From Macrostomum lignano (Eukaryota), in NCBI GenBank assembly GCA_002269645.1, contig NIVC01000042.1:248001-312000 (forward strand): 64,000 bases of DNA. Reading direction: 5' to 3'. Of the stretch, positions 37,001-47,927 are shown one piece after another. Position 1 is the first letter of the stretch. Each line of letters opens with the position of its first letter. A program made the position numbers and the translations under genes. The notes under the pieces are model-generated. The model did not search any database and had not been told where the DNA came from. It saw only the letters and a list, made by a program, of their open reading frames with translations.

Positions 37001-40000
37001 TCCAGTCACGTGACAGGGGGCAGAAATATACTGAGATGGTTTTGCATCTGTGCCAGTCACGTGACAGGGGGTAGAAACATCTTGTGGTGGTTTTCATCTG
37101 TGCCAGTCACGTGACAGGGGGCAGAAACATCTTGTGGTGGTTTTCATCTGTGCCAGTCACGTGATAGGAGTAGAAAATTTGAGGCAGAAAAATTTATCAG
37201 AGCGAGTCTTATCATGGAACCATTTTTAGTACCGTATAGAGAGCTTGTTGAATCCCCCATTTTGAATTCGAGCGCGCACACAGCTAACTAAATACGACTG
37301 TGAGTGAATTTCAGTACTTCACGCAGAAAGGTAGCGCCGAGTGGGTGTGTACGGATCTCAGATAAGTCCCTGCATACACATGATCTCGACAAAGCAAAGG
37401 TGAACAAAAAATGTTTTGATTACTCATTAGGCACTGAAGACCAGCTCATTCATATTTTATACTACGAGTATGAAGTGTCTTTAAAAATTTCCTTTGGATT
37501 TTACAGGATGAAGTGAACCAGGTACTTACAACCAACGTCTGGCTAGAACAGGTGAGACTTGCCTTTGAGGATTAAAGTAAATGGAGAAAATGATGAGGTA
37601 GCTTTTCCATGTTAGACGCGTGCATCTCGAGTGATTCACGTCCATCAGGGCCAACCCACAAGGCGCAAAAAGTGTACACTGGCTTTACTGGGATGAAAGT
37701 CTGGGCCGCTGTACACCCTTCTTGAGGGGTCGACTGTCGGCTGAACCTGCCTGTAACTGCATGCATAACCATGGACTTCCTCCGTCATGTCGCATTCAGG
37801 AATGGCAGGACGAACGGCTGCACTGGGATCCCAGCGACTACAATGGCCTGCAGGTGTTGCGCGTGCCCTGTCAGAAGATTTGGCTGCCGGATATTGTGCT
37901 GTACAACAGGTGAAATCATGTCGGATATTGTGCTGTACAACAGGTGAGATCATGTCGGATATTGTGCTGTACAACAGGTGAAATCATGTCGGATATTGTG
38001 CTGTACAACAGGTGAGATCATGTCGGATATTGTGCTGTACAACAGGTGAAACCATGCTGATATTGTGCTGTACACCAGGTGAGATCATGCTGATATTGTG
38101 CTGTACAACAGTTGAGATCATGCTAATATTTTGCTGTACAACAGGTGAGATCATGCTAATATTGTGCTGTACAACCGGTGAGATCATGCTGATATTGTGC
38201 TGTACAACAGGTGAGATCATGCTAATATTGTGCTGTACAACCGGTGAGATCATGTCGGATATTGTGCTGTACACCAGGTGAAATCATGTCGGATATTGTG
38301 CTGTACAACAGGTGAGATCATGTCGGATATTGTGCTGTACAACAGGTGAGATCATGTCGGATATTGTGCTGTACAACAGGTGAAACCATGCTGATATTGT
38401 GCTGTACACCAGGTGAGATCATGCTGATATTGTGCTGTACAACAGTTGAGATCATGCTAATATTTTGCTGTACAACAGGTGAGATCATGCTAATATTGTG
38501 CTGTACAACCGGTGAGATCATGCTGATATTGTGCTGTACAACAGGTGAGATCATGCTAATATTGTGCTGTACAACCGGTGAGATCATGCTGATATTGTGC
38601 TGTACAACAGTTGAGATCATGCTGATATTGTGCTGTACAACAGGTGAGATCATGTCGGATATTGTGCTGTACAATAGGTGAGATCATGCTGATATTGTGC
38701 TGTACAACCGGTGAGATCATGCTTATATTGTGCTGTACTAGTACAACCGGTGAGATCATATATCTGCTAAAAAGTACATTAGAAATATCCGCAGTATTTT
38801 GTGAGCATTTATCAACTGTCAGCTCATATAGTTTCAGTCGCATTTTAGATATGCAAAAATCTCAGTTGGGGATTTCTCTATCTGTGGATAAATAATGGGT
38901 ACTACATTGGGCAGCGCATGACTTTTTTTTCGGCAAGCCGAACGCTTCGTCTTCTGAAATCCCGACCAGAGGAAAGGTGATCGATTGCCCAGAGCCTTCC
39001 TATGGTTATGTATACGAGGCGTATCTATGGGGCTCTGTCTGGCCTTAGCGGGTCAATTTATATTCTCCTCAGATCCCCGTTAGCTGTTCGGGAATTAACA
39101 GAGATATGAGTTGCGAGTTTGACTTTCAGAGTCAATTATTTATTAAGTTTAAGGAGTTCATTGCTCTGAAGTTTGTTGTTTGGCTAGATTTACAGTGGCT
39201 TGAAAATTACTTTCTTTACTATGGTTGTGGGGCGCCGTCCCTACACTATATGGATAGCTGTGGGGCGCCATCCCTACACTATATAGATAGCTGTGGGGCG
39301 CTATCCCTACACTATATAGATAGCTGTGGGGCGCTATCCCTACACTATATAGATAGCTGTGGGGCGCTATCCCTACACTATATTGATAGCTGTGGGGCGC
39401 TATCCCTACACTGTATTGATAGCTGTGGGGCGCTATCCCTACACTATATTGATAGCTGTGGGGCGCTATCCCTACACTATATTGATAGCTGTGGGGCGCT
39501 ATCCCTACACTATATTGATAGCTGTGGGCGCTATCCCTACACTATATTGATAGCTGTGGGGCGCTATCCCTACACTGTATTGATAGCTGTGGGGCGCTAT
39601 CCCTACACTGTATTGATAGCTGTGGGGCGCTATCCCTACACTGTATGAATAGTTCCCTATACCATCCTCCTCAACAATGAACTGCAGCGCAGACGACTTC
39701 ACCACAGGCTACATGCAGAGCAAGGCGATGGTGGACTCAAGCGGCACCGTGTTCTGGCCTCCGCCAGCTAAGCTGCGTTCTACCTGCAAAATCGACATCA
39801 CCTATTTCCCGTTTGACGATCAGGTGTGCACGATGAAGTTCGGATCGTGGACCTACGATGGTTATCAAGTTAATATTACTAAAAAGTGAGTTAACGAATG
39901 CATCTTATTACTGTGGGTAGAAATACAGTATCAATATGAGTCTGAGTCTATATGAGTCTGAGTCTATATGAGTCTGAGTCTATATGAGTCTGAGTCTATA

Positions 40001-42740
40001 TGAGTCTGAGTCTATATGAGTCTGAGTCTATATGAGTCTGAGTCTATATGAGTCTGAGTCTATATGAGTCTGAGTCTATATGAGTCTGAGTCTATATGAG
40101 TCTGAGTCTATATGAGTCTGAGTCTATATGAGTCTGAGTCTATATGAGTCTGAGTCTATATGAGTCTGAGTCTATATGAGTCTGAGTCTATATGAGTCTG
40201 AGTCTATATGAGTCTGAGTCTATATGAGTCTGAGTCTATATGAGTCTGAGTCTATATGAGTCTGAGTGGAATCGGCCATTCCAGACGAGAAGAGGTGGAC
40301 TTCGCCAACTACGTGCAAAGCGGTGAATGGAATCTGCTACGAGTCGACGTGGATCGTCAAGAGGTGCACAGCGAGCAGAGAGGCAGGGAGAGCAGAAGTG
40401 AGAGGGAATAGAGAGAAGCTCAAGGGATATACGAGGAGACGAGGAGGAGGGAGATGGTAAGAGATAGAAGAGATATAGATGGGGAAGGAGAGAGAGGGAG
40501 AGGGAGTGGGAAAGGGGGAGGGAGAGGGAGAGGGAGAGGGAGAGGGAGAGGGAGAGGGAGAGGGAGAGGGGAGGGAGAGGGAGAGGGAGAGAGGGAGGGA
40601 GAGAGAGAGGGAGAGAGAACGGGACAGGGAGAGGGAGAGGGAGAGGGAGAGGGAGAGAGAGCATGAACATGAGCATAAACAGGAGTCTCAGGCAGTGAGT
40701 GGTAAGAATTGCACTGCAGCTGCATAGATGGCAGCTACAAAAACCGGTCACTCGGCGGGTCCGAATTCCAGACGGTCTACCCCATCAGCCCGGTGCCCTA
40801 CCCGGACATCAAGTTCCACATAGTGATCCAGCGCCGCACCCTGTACTACCTGTTCAACATAATATTTCCCTGCCTGTGGCTCACCGTGCTCAGTCTGTTG
40901 GGATTCTGGCTGCCGCCCGACTCAGGGGAGAAGATCACTCTGGGCATCACTGTGCTGCTGGCCTTCTCAGTGTTTATGCTGCTCATAGCTGAGAACATGC
41001 CGGCAACTAGCGAGTTCGTGCCTCTGATCGGTGAGTATAGGGACTCGGGCTTGTTGCTATGGTAACAAAATGTTTGTCAGGAAATATCTAGCAAGGAGCT
41101 TTGATTTGAGTGAGAACTCAACGTCTTTGTACATTAACCAGCTCTTTATAGGGCGCCAATCCTGCTGGAAAGGGGGAGGGTGCCAATCCTGGTGGAAAGG
41201 GGGAGGGTGCCAATCCTGGTGGAAAGGGGGGGTGCCAATCCTGGTGGAAAGGGGGGTGCCAATCCTGCTGGAAAGGGGGGGTGCCAATCCTGCTGGAAAG
41301 GGGGAGGGTGCCAATCCTGCTGGAAAGGGGGAGGGTGCCAATCCTGGTGGAAAGGGGGAGGGTGCCAATCCTGGTGGAAAGGGGGGGTGCCAATCCTGGT
41401 GGAAAGGGGGGTGCCAATCCTGCTGGAAAGGGGGGTGCCAATCCTGCTGGAAAGGGGGAGGGTGCCAATCCTGCTGGAAAGGGGGGGTGCCAATCCTGCT
41501 GGAAAGGGGAGGGTGCCAATCCTGCTGGAAAGGGGGAGGGTGCCAATCCTGCTGGAAAGGGGGGTGCCAATCCTGCTGGAAAGGGGGGGTGCCAATCCTG
41601 CTGGAAAGGGGGAGGGTGCCAATCCTGCTGGAAAGGGGGAGGGTGCCAATCCTGCTGGAAAGGGGGGGTGCCAATCCTGCTGGAAAGGGGGAGGGTGCCA
41701 ATCCTGCTGGAAAGGGGGAGGGTGCCAATCCTGCTGGAAAGGGGGAGGGTGCCAATCCTGCTGGAAAGGGGGGGGGTGCCAATCCTGCTGGAAAGGGGGA
41801 GGGTGCCAATCCTGCTGGAAAGGGGGGGGTGCCAATCCTGCTGGAAAGGGGGTGCCGATCCTGCTGGAAAGGGGGAGGGTGCCAATCCTGCTGGAAAGGG
41901 GGAGGGTGCCAATCCTGCTGGAAAGGGGGGTGCCAATCCTGCTGGAAAGGGGGAGGGTGCCAATCCTGCTGGAAAGGGGGGTGCCAATTCTGGAAAGGGG
42001 GTGCCAATCATGGTGGAAAGGGGGACGGTGCCAAGTCTGCTGCAGGCACAAAGTTCAATTCCTTCTCTAGGGTACGAGCTATGAGCTACGAGTACCACTC
42101 ATAGGAGACTCCTTCGACTTTAAGCCATAGACATTTTCTCGTCTAAGGCTTTCTATTTGACTGTCATTACCCACTGTACACAGCGAAATTAAATCTGACG
42201 CGCACACCCGCAGGCATCTATCTGACAGTGACCATGTCGACCACCTCGCTGTCAATCGTGCTCACAGTATTCGTGCTCCACCTGCACCATGTTGGCCCGA
42301 ACGACCGGCCGGTGCCGCGGCAGCTGCGCAGCCTCCTGTTCAACCGGCTGGCGCCGCTGCTCTGCATGTCGTCCGTGGCGCGCTACCAGCGCAAGGCCGG
42401 CCGTCGGCGCCAGCGCTACGAGGAGTCGCGTCGAGAAGTTGCCGCCGCCGCGGACGCAGCTCAGACGGAGGCCAGCAACGGGTCCGGCGGCGGAGTGGAA
42501 GGAAAGTCAACCACGATGGAGGCGGACAAGCGCTACCGGCAGTACGACCGGATGCAGCGGCACCTGCGCTACCTGATGCGCAAACAGGCCGAGGATGAGG
42601 CCGCCCAGCTGCTCATCAACGATTGGCGAATGCTGGCCTTCATCGTGGATCGCATGCTGTTTTGGCTCTTCTTGGTGGCAGCGTCCGCGTCAACCCTCAT
42701 CATCTTGGTCATCATGCCGCTGTTCAAAGAGGTTGTGTAG
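34046..42740 (+). CDS. Cys-loop nicotinic acetylcholine receptor subunit (alpha9/10-like sequence, cation-type GEK, no vicinal CC). Exons 34046-34193 (signal peptide), alternative exon A 36066(or 35981)-36226 or B 36301-36434, 37507-37551, 37800-37909, 39688-39885, 40285-40397 (donor uncertain), 40728-41030, 42214-42740
   Basis: [19 protein letters not shown], Cys-loop [29 protein letters not shown]1-3 [14 protein letters not shown]...[26 protein letters not shown]4 [18 protein letters not shown]. Confidence 0.93.
34285..35535. repeat. Intronic minisatellite, 16-bp unit TCCTCATCCATTCACA
   Basis: Tandem array in nAChR intron 1. Confidence 0.97.
36490..37165. repeat. Intronic minisatellite, ~51-bp unit containing the palindrome GTCACGTGAC
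   Basis: 13 perfect GTCACGTGAC cores plus 1 variant counted. Confidence 0.96.
37888..38755. repeat. Minisatellite, 33/34-bp unit GGATATTGTGCTGTACAACAG|GTGA(A/G)ATCATGTC, built from the exon 3' end plus splice donor
   Basis: The first unit is the coding end DIVLYN of exon 37800-37909 and its GT donor. Confidence 0.95.
39225..39645. repeat. Intronic minisatellite, 33-bp unit GCTGTGGGGCGCTATCCCTACACTATATTGATA
   Basis: Tandem array. Confidence 0.95.
39938..40266. repeat. Intronic minisatellite, homogeneous 16-bp unit TATATGAGTCTGAGTC
   Basis: About 20 identical copies. Confidence 0.97.
40490..40660. repeat. (GGGAGA)n polypurine tract
   Basis: Direct observation. Confidence 0.95.
41152..42035. 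repeat. G-rich intronic minisatellite, 24-27-bp unit GTGCCAATCCTGCTGGAAAGGGG(GAG)G
   Basis: Tandem array; explains the repetitive ORFs at 41031-42104. Confidence 0.96.
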
Positions 42741-43204
42741 GCCAATCGATCCTGCAACAGTCGTGTACCTACATGCATGAATGACATTGTCAACAGAGCA
42801 ATACCACTGTGGAGTTTAGCCATAGAGAGCAAGCCCTCAGCATGCAATAATGGATTGACACTAACTTTTGAGTGCTGTTAACGTTTATGGCACGAGTGCG
42901 CGTATGAGGCACTTGCAACAATAACGCGTGCAACAATGCATTATTGTAACACGATATAAATGTGTAAAAGCGGCAATAAAACACAAAAAGCGTGCTTAAA
43001 TGGCTCGTGATCGCGTATTTGTTAGAGTCATTTAATGCACGAGAAATATATATCGTGTTGCAATACTACTCAATACTTGGTTCTTCTTGCTTAAATGTCT
43101 ATGACTAGACCTAGACATTGACATATGGCCAAGCATTCTTAAATTGCTGACACTATTCATTGTCTATGGCCAAAAAGCAATCCTTCACCAATAACGCGAC
43201 TGTG

Positions 43205-43315
43205 CAGTAAATCCCAAGCCGTGCTGTAAATTCCAACCACCGTGCTGTAAATTCCAACCACCGTGCTGTAAATTCCAACCACCGTGCTGTAAATTCCAAC
43301 CACCGTGCTGTAAAT
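43205..43315. repeat. 21-bp tandem repeat CCGTGCTGTAAATTCCAACCA
   Basis: About 5 copies. Confidence 0.9.
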
Positions 43316-43349
43316 TTCCGCACGTATTCAACTTATTAAATTTATTTAA

Positions 43350-44400
43350 GTCTACCTGAGCTACTGGTCTAATTCTACCTGAGCTAATGAGATAATCCTG
43401 CCTAAGCTACTGTCTCAGTACCTGAGCTACTGACCCAATTCTACCTGAGCTACTGAGAAAATTCTACCTGAGCTACTGACCCAATTCTACCAGAGCTACT
43501 GACCCAATTCTACCTGAGCTACTGAACCAATTCTACCTGAGCTAGTGAACCAATTCTACCTGAGCTACTGATCCAATTCTACCTGAGCTACTGACCCAAT
43601 TCTACCTGAGCTACTGAACCAATTCTACCTGAGCTACTGAACCAATTCTACCTGAGCTACTGATCCAATTCTACCTGAGCTACTGACCCAATTCTACCTG
43701 AGCTACTGATCCAATTCTACCTGAGCTACTGAACCAATTCTACCTGAGCTACTGACCCAATTCTACCTGAGCTACTGACCCAATTCTACCTGAGCTACTG
43801 ACCCAATTCTACCTGAGCTACTGATCCAATTCTACCTGAGCTACTGATCCAATTCTACCTGAGCTACTGACCCAATTCTACCTGAGCTACTGGTCCAATT
43901 CTACCTGAGCTAGTGAACCAATTCTACCAGAGCTACTGAACCAATTCTACCTGAGCTACTGGTCCAATTCTACCTGAGCTACTGGTCCAATTCTACCTGA
44001 GCTACTGGTCCATTTCTACCTGAGCTACTGACCCAATTCTACCAGAGCTCCTGACCCAATTCTACCAGAGCTACTGACCCAATTCTACCAGAGCTGCTGA
44101 CCCAATTCTACCTGAGCTACTGACCCAATTCTACCTGAGCTACTGACCCAATTCTACCTGAGCTACTGAACCAATTCTACCTGAGCTACTGAACCAATTC
44201 TACCTGAGCTACTGAACTAATTCTACCTGAGCTACTGAACCAATTCTACCTGAGCTACTGAACCAATTCTACCTGAGCTACTGAACCAATTCTACCTGAG
44301 CTACTGAACTAATTCTACCTGAGCTACTGAACCAATTCTACCTGAGCTACTGAACCAATTCTACCTGAGCTACTGAACTAATTCTACCTGAGCTACTGAA
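43350..44400. repeat. Minisatellite, 23-bp unit ATTCTACCTGAGCTACTGACCCA
   Basis: Tandem array. Confidence 0.97.
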
Positions 44401-44483
44401 ATAATTCTATCAGCAGAGGTACCGAAATTTAGGACTGAAACTTACATGTTCGCAAGCAAATATATTTTCCATTGCTGTTGTCA

Positions 44484-45374
44484 CTTAATTAAAATAAATT
44501 ATAAAGCCCTCTTATCCTTCTTATAGTCCATGCGTGCGGTAAATTCCAATCTATCTATGTCTATGGCTAAAACCAGAAGAATGCTTTGCCCATAAATCAA
44601 TGAATCTATCACTAGGTTCCTTCGTGCGTAAATAGTCTATGGCTCATAGTCTATGGCCCCCTAAGCTAACGCGCACTCGTGCCAAGACTATTTACGCACT
44701 CGAAACCTAGAGATAAATCTACCATTTAAGCACTCAAAACCAAGTATTGAATCAGGGAAGCCTCTATGGTCGCTGCGCTCCCCAGGAGGGACACTAGTTT
44801 AGGCAGCATACAAGTTTAGGGGTAAAAACCCAATTGGAAAGCAGTGAATGAATATGAAAATGCAACGTTTTTTCATTTCTATGATTGATAACTTTTTTAA
44901 ACTAAAAGTCATAGAAAGATGCGGTTTGCACCATTCAACGCAAAACATTCGGAACTTTAGGTCTCCAATGTTAAGTTGTATTATTAAAAAAACTTCCGTT
45001 TTTTTAGTGCGAGAAAAATACTTTATAACCCTTCAGGCCATGCAAACATATGAAAAAATGAAATGGTTACCCTCAGGGGATAATTAAGCAAAAGAGAGTG
45101 AAATTAACTTCACTCTCTGATTCAATACAGAGATCCCTGATTCATTACTAGGTTTCGAGTGCGTTAATAGTCTTGGCACGAGTGCGCGTTAGCTTAGGGG
45201 GCCATAGACTATGAGCCATAGACTATTTACGCACGAAGGAACCTAGTGATAGATTCATTGATTTATGGGCAAAGCATTCTTCTGGTTTTAGCCATAGACA
45301 TAGATAGATTGGAATTTACCGCACGCATGGACTATAAGAGGGATAAGAGGGCTTTATAATTTATTTTAATTAAG
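44484..45374. repeat. Inverted repeat pair, 227-bp arms (44484-44710 and 45148-45374), 437-bp spacer
   Basis: Arms are near-perfect reverse complements (CTTAATTAAAATAAATTATAAAGCCC...CGAAACCTAG). Confidence 0.92.
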
Positions 45375-45870
45375 CAGAAAATTGCTGGGGCAAGCTGTAT
45401 AAAAATAGCACTTTGTATGACTCTATAAAACAAAAGCAAAGTCTACTACGAGTATACATCAGAGCTATAGCTCATTTCTCAGATAGTTTTGACCTCAAAA
45501 TGTGCCTGGTAAGTAGGATGGTAAAGTAGGATGGCGCGTTTGGAAAGATGCTGGGTACGGCATCAGAAGTGAACCAACCGTCGATTTTTCAGCTTCTTTG
45601 CTTGTCCATCTGCATATGCAAATGCGGAGCGCTTACAGATGGAGTTGGAGTACTGAGAGTTTGTTACAAAGAACCAGTTTTTTCCAGTTAGCAAGCTATA
45701 AAATACGAGAGGTGTTACAAAAGTTCGCGTACAAACTGCTCTAGCGCGAAATCGATAAGCAGCAGCATCATTTCATATTCTATGCCATTCCCCTAAACTT
45801 GTATAGCGGAGTGGGGTGGGGCGGGTGAGTGTCCCTTCCTGGGGAGCGCAGCGACCATAGAGGCTTCCCT
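44754..45870. mobile_element. Putative non-autonomous Mutator-like DNA element (MITE)
   Basis: ~43-bp TIRs AGGGAAGCCTCTATGGTCGCTGCGCTCCC; flanked by 9-bp near-direct repeats TATTGAATC / GATTGAATC; no ORF; the same terminal 16-mer recurs at 30324. Confidence 0.55.
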
Positions 45871-47927
45871 GATTGAATCCTATATTGTCGCCATTCTCTT
45901 TCTCTTTCATTTGTTTGTCTATGATAAAAAATACGACACATTATCTTATTCTTAGAAATTAACACTTACTTTCACTAAAAGCGGTGATCAAGACAACTTC
46001 AGACAAATAAAACTTGTTAGAATTTAGCTCACATAGTTGCAGAAAATTGAAAATATATTGTGTATGATTCTTGTTTTAAGACAAAATTCAACCTCCACAT
46101 TTAGAAGTTAAACATTTGGTCACAGTCGCGGTTGAAACAATAGATTTGTTTAATTACATGTATAGCTACGCTCTGATTTTTAATGACGCACTACTTTTAT
46201 ATGAGCGTCAGTTTAGCGTTTTTCGGATAAATTTGCGCGTGAACTAAATAAGTCAAGCGAAATCTGATTTTTTCCGAAGTTGATTTTGGCCAATGGCCAA
46301 AACTGAAAGATCTGGCTTGAACTGTAGAACTATACACTAAACGGTGGTTCATAATCAGCTGGTTCCACTTGTTGAAGGTCCAGAAGCTTCGTATGGGTGA
46401 AAGCCAGTGACCTACAAAGCCAGAGCTGATGCAGATACATGTGGTCGACTTGCTGATGAAATTTGGAGGCTTGGCAAGTGATTGGCTCACAGGGATGTAT
46501 TCAACACATTAGCGCTTATGGAAAAATCTGACCTTCTGGCAGAATCGTCGAATATCTCGACGGTCCGGAAGGCTGGCTACTTGATTATTGTTTGAGAAGG
46601 TGCGCAACAAAAGTCAGCCCGTGTTCTTGAATTTCGTGTGCCTGCGTTGCTCCGTTCCGGCGCAGCAAAACAATTATCTGGGGGGGGATTTCACCTCGAT
46701 AGTTCGAAGGGCGCAAAAATGGTTTGGCTTCAAATCCGACTTCATTTTGCACTCAATATGCTCACATAAGTAGTAAGATAAATGTTGAAATGTTCTGTGT
46801 AATATCTACCTCTACATCCATGTATTTTAATGTAATGATTTAGGGTTTAGGGTAAAGTGCATACGTCGTAGAGTTTACTAATTTTACGAAAAATCTAAAT
46901 TTTAGCATTTTCACTTTCAAACAACTACACAGCATTAGTTAAAAAGTTAACTTTAAAGACGGAGAATTTAGAAAGACATTTACAAGTCTGTTGTAGGGGC
47001 CAAATTACTCGTAAACTAAAATAGTTTAAATATTAAAATAGTCGAACCTGTATCTGCGTGGATTAAACCTGCTTTCCATGGCACAGCAATGGCTCAATAT
47101 TGCAAATCTACTTCTCTCGAGAATCAATTTCATCTTGCAGTTTGGAATTTTCTTCCATCGTTTGCTTAGCCAGTTCGTCTCGCAGTTTGGAATTTTCCAT
47201 TTTTTCTTTAAGCAGTTCATCTTTCCGCCTAGAATATTTCTGCAACAATTCACCACATAGCCTGCGGTGCGTATCGGCAGCGTCTTCATAGTGGCTCGCC
47301 AGCTCTCTCGTCTCATTAGAGGTGAAGAAGCAGCCCAGAGAAGCCAGCGAACACTGCAGCTCATCCTGCATGTCGGCCTGGGATCTGCATGAGTTGGACA
47401 AAAGAATAGATTCAACTTAGCTCAATTTATGTCAAAAGGAAAATAGTTGATAGCAAAACACACCTGTCAGATGCAGGAATCACTTTCACCAAGTAGAACT
47501 TGCGAGTGGTTTCCACAAGCCAGCTGGGGAGCTGCCTTTGTGTCTCTTCAGGATTTCCTGTATCAGAGTTGACGCCTTTGTCTTTGCCACACGTCATGTG
47601 ATCATTGACTTTGTTGATCATGGTGAGCACATCCTCCTGCCCAGCGTGCTGATGAAACACCCAGCAGAGGCTGCTGATGAGCCGGGAGCCGCTGTAGGCC
47701 ATGCCGAAGCTCTTCTTGCCAGGCAGGGTGGAGTAGGCCACGATGAGGCCAGCTCTTCCAGGAGCGTGGTCCGTGATGATTGCCGAGCGGGAGCCCCAAT
47801 AGTAATTGGCGTACTTTTTCTTCGACTCATCGATCCGGACTGAGTCAGTTCCCGGCGCCTTGGGGGTATTGGGCGGCGCGGGTGGATCTCTACATGCATT
47901 GACGATGAGAAACTTGGGCTTCTTACT

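Noticed and set aside
36490-38755. CRISPR-like regularly spaced palindromic repeats
   Set aside because: Inter-repeat segments are near-identical rather than unique spacers, there are no cas genes, and the context is a eukaryotic intron
40683-40701. Possible micro-exon in nAChR loop C
   Set aside because: The phase-compatible option leaves a 26-nt intron; other options are out of phase
41031-42104. Six overlapping ~300-aa Gly/Pro/Cys-rich ORFs
   Set aside because: Artefact of the G-rich intronic minisatellite
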